Part shown: in pieces, positions 63,847 to 64,000 of the stretch | Layout of the letters: each line of letters opens with the position of its first letter | Numbering within the stretch: position 1 is the first letter of the stretch | Position numbers and translations under genes: made by a program | Origin: Laetmonice hystrix | Taxonomy: Eukaryota | DNA length: 64,000 nt | Assembly: GCA_965235115.1 (NCBI GenBank) | Contig: OZ249444.1 | Span: forward strand, 18,228,001 to 18,292,000 | Reading direction: 5' to 3' | The notes under the pieces: model-generated | Database searches by the model: none | Seen by the model: only the letters and a program-made list of their open reading frames with translations | What the model was told of the DNA's origin: nothing

Positions 63847-64000
63847 CACCATCTTGCGTATCATTCAAACCCTATAAGCAACAACAACAAAGCCTTATTC
63901 TGCTTCTTTTGCTGAAATAAGTTCACCGCTATAGCTCAATAATGACCCCTAGGCTGCAAATGACCTGCGCTGACCAATGCTTTAGGGTTTTCTATCTGGG

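Noticed and set aside
1-64000. tRNA, rRNA, SINE heads, homeobox or other well-known domain exons
   Set aside because: I found no convincing A-box/B-box pair with cloverleaf, rRNA-like sequence or diagnostic domain motif by eye. A tRNAscan/Infernal/BLASTx run is needed to exclude them.

Overview
This window is eukaryotic (animal-like) genomic DNA, not prokaryotic. It is an AT-rich background with short GC-rich islands, scattered GT-AG splice signals, and no operon, rRNA, tRNA or CRISPR signature. A marine invertebrate such as a mollusc is my inference from composition and repeat types only. I could not confidently name any protein-coding gene. The longest ORFs in the track are artefacts of stop-free tandem repeats. 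The best-supported content is: nine tandem arrays (units of 23, 111, 53, 36, 25, 111, 50, 40 and 40 bp), one old diverged ~27-bp array, a TTAA-flanked Kolobok-like MITE, an 18-bp inverted-repeat element, a fold-back palindrome cluster, and RFX/E-box-type motifs. The window looks like the large intron(s) of a minus-strand gene. The most interesting signal is a near-textbook recursive-splicing site at about 44985-45030 on the minus strand (TACTAAC branch point, pyrimidine tract, TTTCAG immediately followed by GTAAGT). Several short candidate exons lie on the same strand. All exon calls are hypotheses that need RNA-seq or homology searches.
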